Shown one piece after another: positions 1-13,240 of a DNA stretch of 64,000 bases. The DNA is taken from NCBI RefSeq assembly GCF_902459465.1, contig NC_047073.1, forward strand, positions 124,001-188,000, written 5' to 3'. The notes beneath the pieces were generated by a model. That model did not search any database. It saw nothing but the letters and a program-made list of their open reading frames with translations, and was not told where the DNA came from. The stretch is from Asterias rubens (lineage: Eukaryota). The translations under genes and the position numbers were made by a program. The stretch's first letter is position 1. Each line of letters begins with the position of its first letter.

Positions 1-408
1 CCCTCTAAAATGGTAGACACCATGGGCTAAAGTCTTCCCTCTGCGACTATTGCTAAGACTGGGAGCTGAATTCAGATGTAAGTATTAAATAGATGGAAGT
101 AGGTTTGACTATCTTACAACCCTCATTAGGGTCCCTCTAAAATGGTAGACACCATGGGCTAAAGTCTTCCCTCTGCGACTATTGCTAAGACTGGGAGCTG
201 AATTCAGATGTAAGTATAATAGATGGAAGTAGGTTTGACTATCTTACAACCCTCATTAGGGTCCCTCTAAAATGGTAGACACCATGGGCTAAAGTCTTCC
301 CTTTGCGACTATTGCTAAGACTGGGAGCTGAATTCAGATGTAAGTATTAAATAGATGGAAGTAGGTTTGACTATCTTACAACCCTCATCCATTAGAGTCC
401 CTCTAAAA
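1..408 (+). repeat. About 132-bp tandem repeat x3 containing the 3' half of a SARA exon plus splice donor
   Basis: Units start at 1, 133, 263. Each reads [22 protein letters not shown] followed by GTAAGT. Confidence 0.9.
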
Positions 409-1108
409 CACCCTGCCAAATACAACAGAATGCAACACAGTTTAAAATGAGATGCAACAAAATGCTAAAAGGTATTTTGTTGCATTAAGTGGACATGTTG
501 TTTGTGTTAGGACTGAGCAAGGGTGTTTTGCCCTGCTATATGGAGTATGCACATAAGTGTAGCCATGACTTGGCTTCTATGTGGGACCATGAACTCTGTA
601 AATGCAACAAAGGTTGACTGCCAAATACAACAAAATGCAACACCAATTTGAAGTCACTTGACTGCTGCAACAAATTCAGCTAAAGAATGTCAAAGGAGTT
701 GACTGGCAAATGCAACACAATACAACAATTATTTCCATTTGGTGTGTAGTGTTGCATTTATAATGGTTATGGTTTTAATAGTGATAGTATTACAGAAGGA
801 GTTTGAATCTCCTGGGCATTTAGACATTGAGATTTCCCATAATAATGGAGTACATACTTCACATCCAAAAAATACGTCTTCGTCTACGCAATTGAGTATA
901 CATAAAGCTCGCAATCAGGAGTATTTTAATGACAGCTATTCATCATTGATTTGCTTGTAAAAACGGAACCAATGGTAAGGAAATTTCCTAATCCAACTTG
1001 CAACATCAATTGATTTAAAAATAGTGTTATACCTTCTGTTTGGTTAAAGCATTGTTTTAATGTAGTCTTTAAGTTCTGACCACTCTTTAATTATTTGATC
1101 TTTTCCAG

Positions 1109-4100
1109 ACTACCCATGCCCCTTGATGAGTGTACGTTTCCGTAAGCCAGTGTTTGGTGAGATTGGTCATACTATCATGAATCTCCTTGCTGTAAGTCAA
1201 CCTTAACAAAACTACATTACTCTTATTTAGTAGATGTAAAACTTTCATCAGGGATAAAGAATATTCATTTTGGTTTTTACTCATATACACCGATGTGTGT
1301 TAGCAATGTATAAACAGTACATTATTGTTTACAACAAGAGCATTCGCATGACCAAAGTTGATATTTCATGTATACGTGTAATAATAATAAATCATTCTTG
1401 TAAAGCGTATTCCATCCATTGCAAAACCCCAATGCCCTGTAAGGCATGAAACTAATTGAAAGAAAGCGCATTCCATCCATTGCAAAACCCCAATGCCCTG
1501 TACGGCATGAAACTAATTATTGTTTATAACAAGAGCATTCGCATGACCAAATTTGATATTTCATGTATAATAATAATTTATCATTCTTGTAAAGCGCATT
1601 CCATCCATTGCAAAACCCCAATGCCCTGTAAGGCATGAAACTAATTGAAAGAAATTCAATTTCTCTTGGGGTATTCTAGGACCATGGCCGTTGGATAGTA
1701 CAAAAGATATGCCTCAAATAGACTGTTACTAATTTTAGTATCATTGTTCCTTATAGGATTTTAAGAACTATCAGTATAAGTTGCCAGTGATACCAGGAAT
1801 CGTGATTCATATGCAAGACAGAGAAACACTGATTAAGATTCCAAGGAATAGATATGATGAGGTAAGCATAATAAGCCTTACTGCAATCGCTATGATGAGG
1901 TAAGCATAATAAGCCTTACTGCAATCGCTATGATGAGGTAAGCATAATAAGCCTTACTGCAATCGCTATGATGAGGTAAGCATAATAAGCCTTACTGCAA
2001 TCGCTATGATGAGGTAAGCATAATAAGCCTTACTGCAATCGCTATGATGAGGTAAGCATAATAAGCTTTCCATCTAAAAGCTCACTGATTCTAAAGTTCA
2101 TACCAGTACCAATCCTCCAGAGAAATATTTCCATCTGAAAACTCACTGATTCTAAAGTTCATACCAGTACCAATATTCCAGAGAAATATTTCCATCTGAA
2201 AACTCACTGATTCTAAAGTTCATACCAGGATCAATCCTCCAGAGAAATATTGCCATCTGAAAGCTCACTGATTCTAAAGTTCATACCAGTACCAATCCTC
2301 CAGAGAAATATTTCCATCTGAAAGCTCACTGATTCTAAAGTTCATACCAGTACCAATATTCCAGAGAAATATTTCCATCTGAAAGCTCACTGATTCTAAA
2401 GTTCATACCAGGATCAATCCTCCAGAGAAATATTGCCATCTGAAAGCTCACTGATTCTAAAGTTCATACCAGTACCAATCCTCCAGAGAAATATTTCCAT
2501 CTGAAAGCTCACTGATTCTAAAGTTCATACCAGTACCAATATTCCAGAGAAATATTTCCATCTGAAAGCTCACTGATTCTAAAGTTCATACCAGTACCAA
2601 TATTCCCGAGAAATATTTCCATCTGAAAACTCACTGATTCTAAAGTTCATACCAGTACCAATCCTCAATAGCAATATTTCCATCTGAAAGCTCACTTCAT
2701 ACCAGTACCAATGCTACAGAGATACATGTTTCATTTAAGGATTGCCTTTGAAGATGTCCTTACTGTAGCTTATTTCTGTTTAGGTCATGAAGGTTGTGAA
2801 TAACTCCAATGAACATGTTATGGCAATAGCAGCTAACTTCAGCACTGAATCTGACTCACATCTAGTATGTATCCAGAATGATGAAGGCACTTATCATACA
2901 CAAGCAATCAGTATACAGAACAAACCAAGGAAAGGTAACGGACTAATCATTCATCATTATTCATAAACTACAATCATGTATATTAAGTATGATACCTTGA
3001 CTCTGATCTTAGAGATTATGTTTGGAGTTGAGAACTGAGAAGTATCCCCAAAAGTCTACTTTGTGGTAGTAGAATATATAGCAAGACAGTTCTGTAAACT
3101 CTACCTGGCAAGTACATGTAGATACACACATGGTGTTACCACAAACCTATTATATATAAGAACCATTTAGGAAAACATTATAAAAGACTGGTGAAGTATT
3201 TGCTTTTATCAGCAAAGACAATAGATGATATTGAATGAAAAAGCTTAGTTGTTATACATTACAACTAATACCCAGATTCCATTGAAGTTGTATTCAACTA
3301 TGTATTCAATCAGAACTTGAGTGCCAAGCGCTTTGACCACTCATCAGCCATGACATGCTGAATAATTAATAATTACATTATCTCATTGACCATTTTGACC
3401 ATTGCTTTGTTTTCAGTCACTGGAGCTAGCTTTGTGGTCTTTAATGGTGCATTGAAAACCACAACCGGACTGACGGCTAAATCCAGCATTGTAGAAGATG
3501 GTCTAATGATTCAAATACTTCCCGAGACTATGGCAGCTTTAAGACAAGCTTTAAGAGAGATGTTAGATTTACCGATACCATGTGGGAGTACACAAGCTGA
3601 GCAACCAGATGAGACTGTAACTATTACATGGATTGATGATGATAAAGCAGTCAATATGGGGTAAGTAAAGCTACACTCAGGAGATTCAAGTCTAAACTCT
3701 AGTCTTCACTTGTTTTTAAAAGCACTGGACACCTTTGGAAGTTGTCAAAGACCAGTATTCTCTTGTTTTATCCCAACATATGCATAAAATAACAAACCTG
3801 TGAAAATTTTGACTAAAACAAACACCCGCTGTGTGCTTTCAGATGCCTTGAACTGCCTTGCTGTGGTCTCTTATTCAATTTAAATATTTTAGTGCGAAGT
3901 TACTTTTTTCTCAAATTATGTTACCTCAGAGGAGCTGTTTCTCCTGTTGGGGTGTTTGTTTGTTTGTCTGTGTCTTTGTTGGGGGTGTTTGGTTGTTGCA
4001 GTGTGTGTGTTGGGGTGTGTGTTTGTTTTATTGATCGGGTTTTGTGGTATGTTTGTTTGTTTGTCTGTTTGTACATATTGATGAATGTCCTGTGATTTGA

Positions 4101-4989
4101 TTCTTATTCAGTGTTATCAGCCCAATTGACCATCGATCATTGGAAGGGATTGCAAGTATCCGAATCCATAACGGCACAGATTACAGAGGTCGTTCAAGAT
4201 CACTACGATGGACAGAGGTATTCTTCCTGGAGAATAACGAATCTCCGGTGGATTTGAGTCGTTTAGCAGAGATGTTATCAGCAGCATTCTGTGTAGCATT
4301 GACTGGGCAGTTGGATGAACTGAGAGAAGCTGCTATGACTAAACTAGCACTCAGAGTTACAGTAGACTCAGATAAGGTAGATACATGGTTCATTAAAATG
4401 ATATCGTTGCAGTACCCGCTGCTAAAAACATAGGATTCAAACTGCCTCTACCTACCGGGCAATCTCGGTAGTCTAGTTGGTATGACACTGCTCTAGAATT
4501 GCACCGGTCGTGAGTTCAAATCCCACCCAAGTTTTTTTACAGGGCTCGGGAAAGTACTGAGTAAACAGTGCTTATACATATCGGTGTAAGGGTAACCCCA
4601 AAATTAATACGACGATGGTTGTTATATTTTCATTGCCTCTGGAACTCTCTGCCTCAACATCACGGTTCCAATATTCTCGCAAAATCTATCTCTTCAGACT
4701 AGCCTATAAACAAAACAAGTGAAATTTTCTTCTTGACCAGCGCCTTTGAATGTCACACAGATAAAGTGCGCTTTACAAATGCTGTTTAATTATTAATTAT
4801 TTTCATGATATTATTATTATATGTTCTCATTTACAGGTTGGTTACGAAGCTGGATCTAAGGGTGAATTGCTGCCACCTGTGTACATGAATGAATTAGACA
4901 ATGAGTTAATACCAGTCTTGCATAATGCTGTATCACAACATGAAGGGGGACCAGTTGTTATGGAACTGGTATTCTACATCATTGAATAG
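1109..4989 (+). CDS. ZFYVE9: SARA / endofin (ZFYVE9/ZFYVE16 family), C-terminal DUF3480 region; last six coding exons, 5' part lies upstream of the window
   Basis: Phase-consistent GT-AG exons 1109-1191, 1757-1861, 2784-2934, 3417-3660, 4112-4376, 4837-4989. They translate to [111 protein letters not shown]..[10 protein letters not shown]..[33 protein letters not shown], matching the recalled human SARA C-terminus motif by motif. Confidence 0.95.
1324..1655. repeat. Mosaic local duplication (A-B-B-A-B)
   Basis: Block ttgttta.aacaagagcattcgcatgacc occurs twice and block attccatccattgcaaaaccccaatgccctgta.ggcatgaaactaatt three times. Confidence 0.85.
1853..2066 (+). repeat. 38-bp minisatellite x5.6 spanning a SARA exon/intron donor
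   Basis: Unit tatgatgaggtaagcataataagccttactgcaatcgc at 1853, 1891, 1929, 1967, 2005, 2043. Confidence 0.95.
2068..2720. repeat. 61-bp minisatellite, about 10.5 copies
   Basis: Unit ttccatctgaaagctcactgattctaaagttcataccagtaccaatcctccagagaaatat, with variants recurring every three units. Confidence 0.95.
4455..4590 (+). mobile_element. tRNA-derived SINE head fragment
   Basis: A-box-like TAGTCTAGTTGG and B-box-like GAGTTCAAATCCC at tRNA-like spacing, without an acceptor stem. Confidence 0.55.
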
Positions 4990-5619
4990 TATTGGTTTCA
5001 AGTTTGGAACCACTGTAAAAGAGCTAATATATGACATAGTTGAATAACCTGGTTAGGAATAATTACAAGTTTATGTCTTTTTTTTGCTTTGACATTATAT
5101 AAGTTTTCACGCAAGAACGAGTAGAATATGGAAACATAATGTATATTGCTTCTACGTCTCATGTGCAGCAAAGCCAAAGGCTCTACATTTTTCCATATTG
5201 TATGAGTGCTTGTGATAATGAATATATCTTCTTATGGTGTGATAATGGCTGTGCAGTGTGGTTTACTATACCTCATACATAAATAGGAAGGCTAAAATCT
5301 CACCGGTGCAGTCACCATCACATACCAGGGCCCCTTTTTATAGCGCTGCTTAACGGTAAGCACATTTTTGTGCTTACTGTAGCAGAAAAATCTGGCCCAG
5401 ATGCTATATGTGCTGTTTACTAAGCACGCACAGGTCTAAAATAGCATCAGTAGTAGACTACCGCACGGGCAACAGTCCAGCACAGTTAATACACATGCGT
5501 AGTAAACTGTCACATGTGCTACCCTCAAACATGTTCAAATGTATAAAATATCACACTGTTGTTGCCATGGATCGACCTACCTATTAGAATTGAGGTTTCA
5601 AGTTTGGTTGAAGGTAATA

Positions 5620-6714
5620 AACTGCTCACAAAAAGTAAGGAAACTTTTTTCAACCCAGTATATTTGTTATTATTTAATACTTTCTTTGTATATGGTATAT
5701 ATCAATGCAAAGCTGAACTGTTCCTCTTTAAAATGATACCACAATTGCAATGATTACATGTTGCTGGACTTGACCACGTTAATGAGAATGAGACAAAGTC
5801 ACAAATCAAATGTGCCAAAATTTGCAATTTTGTGTTACCGTGTGAACAATCAAATTGACACTGTAATTCAAACAAGCAAGACAACTTACTGATCTTGATC
5901 CACTTTATTGAGACAAGAAGTTTGGTATAGAGCAAGACAACTTACTGATCTTAATACACTTTATTGATACAAGAAGTTCAGTAACGAGTGGATGATCCGA
6001 AGGCGTTGATGACAGCCTGGCACCTTCTTCTCATGCTGTACAAAAGTCTTGTGATGCACTGATGATGAGGGATGGCGTTCAATTCTTCATAAAGGAACCT
6101 GGTTAGGTCAGCCACAGTTGATGTGTTGGTGGTTCTGGCGTGGACAGCGCGGCCAAGCTGGTCCTACAGATGTTCCATGAGATTCAGGTCTGGACTGTTA
6201 GCGGGCCAATCCTTCCGGTGCACCAACATTGTTCAGGTAGTCAGTCACCAGTCGGGCTCGATGGGGGGCGAGCGTTGTCATCTTGAAAGATGGCATTTGG
6301 GTCCAAGAATCTGCAAGTATGGGACTGCAATCGGCTGTAGAACATCGTCTTGCAAATACCCATCAAACAAGGTGTTTTTCAAGAGATGAGGGTTAATTGT
6401 TTCTGATGAGCTCACTGGTGCAAATCTTTGTGTAAATCATTAATGGTTCTGAAAAGCTTGATCGGTTTGGTTATTGAGCATTACCTATTGACCATTTAGC
6501 ACAGACAACGGTAATTTTGGCACATTTGATTTGTGACTTTGCCTCATTGTTATTCGTGTAGCCAAGTTCAGCAACATGTAATCATTGCAAATGTGGTATC
6601 ATTTTAAAGAGGAACAGTTCAGCTTTGCATTGATATATACCATATACAAAGAGAGTAATAAATAATAACAAATATACTGGATTGAAAAAGTTTCCTTACT
6701 TTTTGTGAGCAGTT
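5620..6714 (-). mobile_element. Internally deleted Tc1-like DNA transposon
   Basis: About 200-bp terminal inverted repeats (AACTGCTCACAAAAAGTAAGGAAAC... / ...GTTTCCTTACTTTTTGTGAGCAGTT), TA on both sides (5618-19, 6715-16). A frameshifted transposase C-terminus on the minus strand at about 5990-6370 reads FQDDNARP..WPANSPDLNLMEHL*DQLGR..SMRRRCQAVINAFGSST. Confidence 0.9.
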
Positions 6715-7513
6715 TAGTTACCACTACTACTACCATGCATATCAGCCTATACAATAAGAAGGTATATTCATTTAGAAATTAAGTTTTGTTATGTTATTGA
6801 AATGCATAATGAACGTAGTAATCCTATTGTTGTCTTATAATAACTGGCTGCAAGTATTCCTATATTCATTCTATATCTAACTATGATGCAACAAGTGAAT
6901 GAAATATTTGATATATCATCAGTCAGTTTATGTTCACAACTACTTTAGAATATTCCCCAAAAATTTACTCATTATCTCAATGTCACAAAAATACTTTGAC
7001 ATGCTAAAATATTATTGTCTTACCGATACATATATTTTTTATGTGAGTTATTTCACTCATTTCTAAAAAAAATACAGCAATAGTAAGTACTATTTAAAGG
7101 AAGGCTTTCTGACCATCATTATATTCAAACTGAGTGAGTTTAATGTAACTCTGTGGACATTGTGTTTTGTGTCATACAAAAAGTACCCCGACCCTTTAAT
7201 GATAAGTAGAACACTAAGATTATATCAAGGGAGCTTTCTCTATTTCAAACTTGATATTAATCCAGTTTTTTTTCCGGCAACATCTCAAACTAATGTATTT
7301 CTATATGTAGTTCAGGCCATCGCTCACACATACTAAATATTTTATTTGGAAATTAAATTCTGCATTTGCCTATAACAATTTTTATGTAACACTAATTATG
7401 CAATTTTCTTTGTTATTACTGCATTCTTTGTATTGTTTTTAATGACGCTATGCACTTAACTGTAGGGTCATTCCAGAAGTGTCTTGTTTTGGTTTACATT
7501 CTTACAATGTACA

Positions 7514-7724
7514 ATAGACCGATCCATTAAGATCCCTTTCCCCCCCCCCCCCCCATTGCGTATTGACTAATCAAAACCCATTGCACAACCAAAAGTCTGA
7601 CACTATAAAGCCCGACATGCGTGGGGGTGTGTTTAGTGCGCCCGGCAGAGTCGTGCAGAATGGCATTGGAGAGGCTCACGTGTTCTTGCTCACACGTGGG
7701 CGGAGCCTAATGGATCGGTGTATT
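7514..7724. mobile_element. MITE with about 16-bp TIR
   Basis: atagaccgatccatta ... taatggatcggtgtat bracket a GC-richer 210-bp insert. Confidence 0.6.
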
Positions 7725-9025
7725 CTTTTCGCAATTTGGTGATGTACAATAAGTTCATCTGACTAGTATCCTATCTTAATGTACACAACCACTGCATCGC
7801 ACTAAACAATCAATGTTTTTAAATGGAACTCCGTTTTGTGTTTTTGTTTAGATTAAATTCATTAAAAAATGAAGATAAAACCGCCCCAGATAACAGAGTC
7901 AGTCTTGTAAAATGAAGATAAACGTTAAAATTGGGCTTCACGGTCGCAAGTTTTATGAGCTGGCATGCTTTCGTGCTTTGCGCTCAGAGTTCACAACAGC
8001 CTATCACATCCCTGCTTTATGAACCTACATTGACTACACATCATTGCATCACTACAAGTCAATTTAATTGTTTGTGCACATCTGGGATCATGGTACATGC
8101 AGCAAGATCCTAAATTGTTGCAGTTTAAAACGCATTTCGATACAGTATAGTATTTACCTGCCATTAATTGCTGAATTGACCGTTTTTAAGAGGTTGGACA
8201 AATCCTGTGAAGAGCTTAATTTTGATCTGATTATGAATCAAGATCATGCTTTCTTTTGATTTTCGGAGCATTGCACTTATTTTATTGGCTATTTAATAAC
8301 ACTGCTAATAATAGTTATGTGTATACCATATAGGCATTCTGAGGTGTATCAAGTTTTATTTATCAAATATTTCTCTTTTGACACATATTGTTTCCTTAAT
8401 TTTAATATAAAATTTGTTACTTTTTGTAATCGATATGAATTAATGGTAGATTTTAAGTAAATAAATATTAATCAGCCTTTAACAGATTTGAATTAATTGG
8501 AAAGCGAGTCTTTGATTAAATTGTCATTATTAGCCATCTCACGTACATCATAACTAACAAATAGCAAATTTATCTCGCAATAATTATGTATAATGGAGAT
8601 TTTTGTTGTACATTTATTTTTTGAAATGAATTTAAATACAATAATTGAGTTCATATTGACTACCAATCTGCTATAACTCTTCGAACTTTTGTATGAAATA
8701 ATTAATTTATTGTCATAACTGTTTCAAAACAGGGGATAGAGCCTTGCCTAAAAATACACCACAATATTTGGCCAGTTTTTGCAATTGAAACATCTTGTGT
8801 ATAAACTGTAGACTAATTACACATAGGCTGTTTGGAAAAGGTCACGGTCACATGGATTTCTTTGTTTGAAAAAACCCGTCATGTTCTCAAGAAACCATTA
8901 AGAAACCAACAGTTCTTTTCAGAACCACCCCAACTCGAATTAGAGATTTGCATTTCATGGTGTTACTGCAAACCTTTCCTATATCAAATTTCCACCATGC
9001 AAAGTTTCAAATCCTAGTCACTTAA

Positions 9026-9403
9026 AGGCAGCGGACACTATTGGTAATTGTCAAAGATTAGCCTTCACAGTTGGTGTATCTCAACATATGCATAAAATAA
9101 TAAACCTGTGAAAATTTGAGCTCGGTCGGTCATCGAACTTGGGAGATAATAGTGAAAGAAAAAACACCCTTGTCAAACAAAGTTGTGTGCGTTTAGACGG
9201 TTGATTTCGAGACCTCAAGTTCTAAACTTGAGGTCTTGAAATCAAATTCGTGGAAAATTACTTCTTTCTCGGAAACTATGGCACTTCAGAGGGAGCCGTT
9301 TCTCACAATGGTTTATACCATCAACCGCTCCCCATTACTCATCACCAAGAAAGGTTTTATGCTAATAATTATTTTGAGTAATTACCAATAGTGTCCACTG
9401 CCT
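9026..9403 (+). mobile_element. Kolobok/T2-like MITE, full-length copy
   Basis: TTAA|AGGCAGCGGACACTATTGGTAATT ... AATTACCAATAGTGTCCACTGCCT|TTAA. TTAA duplication with AGG..CCT termini; many relatives in the window. Confidence 0.85.
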
Positions 9404-11039
9404 TTAACGACTTAATATTATTTTTGGTTCTAAGATACGTTTCAATGTTTTACAAATTAATTGTGACTTTGTTATTGGTGTAATGACATCACATGACTGT
9501 AAATGACTGTCAATTTTTGTATTTACTTACACACCTCACTGCTTATTAACATAATGACAAGCGACAAACTATTGTAATTTTTATATAGTAAATATTTTAT
9601 GTAGTTAGAAATTAACAGATGTAAGGATTAACTTATGTACACTTTGTACCTGTAAAGTTTCAGATTGCTTAAGGCCAATAACAAATAAAACACCAGTTGA
9701 TCGTCCAGGTGTTTCAAATGCCAAGCATTTAAATTCAAATTGGCCACCAATTCTTCAGTTTAAAGTCAACACTTACTTTATGTAGTTACAAGTTCTTAAA
9801 AGATTAGTAAGTTAATCGTTAATACACAGAAAATTTGTCTTTTAAAAAAGAAAAATAGTTTAAAAACGGATGCAGCCTCAAATGATCAACGGGATTTTTA
9901 TTTTATTTGGCCTAATGGGTAGTCTCATGGAGGTAAAGGGAGGTTGAAGACAAAAATATGTTAATCAAACATTTACCACTTTGTTATTTCTGGTGGGTTA
10001 CTGGAAAGTAGTGAAATCACTGGAAGAATAAATCTTTACCAAATCTCAAGAACAAAATTATAAAATTTGTAATTATTAAGAGAATGTAAGTAGTTTTGGA
10101 TGAAAGAGTTTTGTAATTGGATGTTGTAAGGTGGGTATTTAAACTTACATTAAACTTGCATGGTTTGAAGATAATGAAGGTAAAAAGCTTGCCCGACTCA
10201 TTTCTCAAAAACTCACAGCACTTCATCAAGTACATTTGTGATATTTTAAGGGAAGCTTTCCACTATCCTTTCTTCAAACTGATAGGTTAAATGTAAATCT
10301 GTTAGCATTTTGTTTTGTGTTACAAAAAGTACCAAACCATTAAGTTGTCAAGGCGAGTGCTTAGATTTCAGATCGATCGATCGATCAAGGCCAAAAAGCT
10401 TTATTGACCCTGATATGTAACCAAGGATTAAGAGATAGTTGGATTAGCTGACTAATCTGGTGTTGAGTGGATTAGTCAACTGTTTGGTCAAATGTATAGC
10501 TTAATACTAAAATGACTTGCTGATTATACACAGATGCTTAAATGGCCCGATAGGTCAGGCGTCGTAGGCCTATAGAGTAGTTGATCAGTTATACTTCTAG
10601 CTGATCAACTAGTACTTAATCAGCTATACATACAACCCTTTGGTTGATTAGTTGAATGTCTAGTTTATAAGATATCTAATTAATACTAAATAAACATTGT
10701 AATCTAGCTCTGGAAATGTTTTGACTTGCTTTTAGGCTACCTGACGGATACATATACTAAACTGGCTTATTATAATTCTTTAAGTTGTCCCTTTTTACCT
10801 CATTATGTATAAGTGAATATTTATGAACCAATTTTGTAAGGTGGTAATTAGTGTACTAATTATTCATGATCTTATGAGCAAGTGCCTTAATAAACCATCT
10901 ATGTACATCCTTAATACAATACTTATCAGGTTCTTCCGTTGTCAACTTTGTGTTAAGGAGAATAGACAAGAAAGTGTAGGTTCATGGATAGAATGACGAG
11001 CCGAAGACCCCCATACACATGGCATCACTGCAAATCAAA

Positions 11040-11415
11040 AGCCTGGTGAATTCTGTATATTCAAACTTCTCCTAATTACTTTAACAAAGCCATCAATGGA
11101 CTTGTTCCCCAATACATCACCGATCTTAAACCACATCAGTCATCTTTTCGCAATGGACCTTCTTCTGGTAAATCTCTTCTCTACGGTACAACAAATGGAA
11201 ACTCCAGTCATACGACCGCCATGCAGTTTCAAAGTGAAGCACCCTACACTATGGAATGATCTCCCTTAGTCACATTCAAACTTCACCAAATGTGAACATT
11301 TTCAAAAAGAGAGTGATGACCCATTTGTACTCAAGAGCAAATTCAATGTAATAGATTCTTTATCAAAGTGCCTTTGAACATATTTATGGATACCGGCGCT
11401 ATATAAATTATTTTG
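11040..11415 (+). mobile_element. L2-clade LINE 3' end, degenerate
   Basis: Frameshifted IFKLLLIT/KAINGLVPQYITDL..TLWNDLP..IQTSPNVNIFKKRVMTHLY, followed by the L2-type tail aaagtgcctttga..ggcgctatataaattatt. Confidence 0.8.
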
Positions 11416-11633
11416 ATTGATCGATTGATACACGCATTATTACAGCATACTCTTTTAGCGTCATAGAATAACTAAGCATCAACCATGATGCAGGTTCTTT
11501 GTCCTTAATAGACTTTCATTTCTTTGAACATAACTTGACCGTATGAATCGTAAATACTTCAACTGTTGTTAAACCACAGATTCAGCGCGGTTCTAATCGT
11601 TAAAGCATATATTTGTCTTCACAGATGAACTGC

Positions 11634-11990
11634 GGTAATTACTAAAAATAATTATTAGCATAAAACCTTTCTTGATTACGAGTAATGGGGAGAGGTTGAT
11701 GGTATAAAACATTGTGAGAAACGGCTCCCTCTGAAGTGCCATAGTTTTTGAGAAAGAAGTAATTTTCCACGAATTTGATTTCGAGACCTCAAGAACTTGA
11801 GGTCTCGAAATCAACCGTCTAAATGCACACAACTTTGTGTGACAAGGGTGTTTTTTTCTTTCATTGTTATCTCGCAAGTTCAATGACCGATTGAGCTCAA
11901 ATTTTCACAGGTTTGTTATTTTATGCATATGTTGAGCTACACCAACTGTAAAGACTAGTCTTTGACAATTATCAATAGTGTCCACTGCCT
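11634..11990 (-). mobile_element. Kolobok/T2-like MITE, one end degenerate
   Basis: Reverse-oriented near-identical body to 9026-9403, ending GTGTCCACTGCCT|TTAA. Confidence 0.85.
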
Positions 11991-13003
11991 TTAAGGCTTA
12001 TTTGTTTAACGACATTCAACTCGGGAATAAAACATGGAATTCTCAAACTTCACTCAATCTATAATTCCTTTATTATCTTCAATTTAAAGCTACTGAGATA
12101 TTGGAAAATAACAGGCCTGATACTCCCTTCATGTAAGAGCCAGGCAGTTCTCTTCAGTAAAAGGCACCTCTATATTGGAATAGTTCAGGGACAAAGCCAC
12201 CAACATCTGGCAATAGGGAAGATTTTGTATATTAATTAGGGAGATAGTAAGAATTACAATCAGGGAGATTGTTAACTTGTTCATCAGAACAAGGGAAGAT
12301 TGGTTTTACTTTTCAGTAAACTGTTTGCAGAATCAGGGGAATTGGCAGCTCTGCGGGGAGTATCCAGTAATGGCAATGATGGAGCCCTACATTGCTTCCA
12401 AGAAGTATCAGCTCTGGTTGAACCACAAACCAGCCATGCAAAGTTTAAGATTCTTCTTAACGCTACACTAAGTGGGAATACTGGTCTTTGACAATTACCA
12501 AAGGTAAATAAGAGATAAGACTTATTGTTGTTTGTGTTATAGGGCGTTTCTTTAAAATGAACAATCTTTGCTTCTAAAGCAAATGACATACAGTCCCTTT
12601 TATACCATTCATTTCTGTACAATCGTCATCATAATCCCCGACATGGCTTACATGTTGGGTTTTTTGACAATTTGTTTTTGAGAAATACATGTGGGTCCAG
12701 GAAAAAAAATAAGTAATAACAGTTTTATTTTAGAATGTAAGCATGTGAAACATTGGGAAATGTCAATTCAGGACACGACCTTACCTAGTGGAAGTAGATC
12801 AAATCGTGGGAAAATTTGGAACCACTGCGGTAATTTTGGTACCAGCCATTTGTCGCCGTCTGCATTTTTCAGCCACTTGTTTAAGAGCATGCAGCCGCCC
12901 TCCCCGAAAAAATTCCCCGTTTCACAATGCATCATTTGAAAAACCCCTATAAGTTTTGGTTTAGTCAGGCAGCCGTGCCCATCACTCAACCCTGAATGTT
13001 TAT

Positions 13004-13240
13004 GGTGCGTTCGTTTAGCTTCCCCGCGGTGCTCACTCGGTGAGCCCCTGACAAAAGTAAATTGAACGATCACTCACCCTCTCGTGGTGACGTCATGCAC
13101 CTGGGGCCAGCCCCAAGTGACCCACTCCACAAGCAGGGCACTGGGGGCTGACCAGGGTGAGCCCCTGAAATGACGTCAAAGCTATTAGAACGCACCGGGG
13201 GCAGACCGGGGTTGACCCAGGGAAGCTAAACAATCGCACT
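13004..13240. mobile_element. GC-rich MITE (possibly PIF/Harbinger-like)
   Basis: TIR ggtgcgttcgtttagcttccc ... gggaagctaaacaatcgcact. Confidence 0.65.

Noticed and set aside
12277-12622. Cluster of overlapping short ORFs
   Set aside because: No recognisable motif; the apparent donor at about 12503 belongs to a MITE end fragment.
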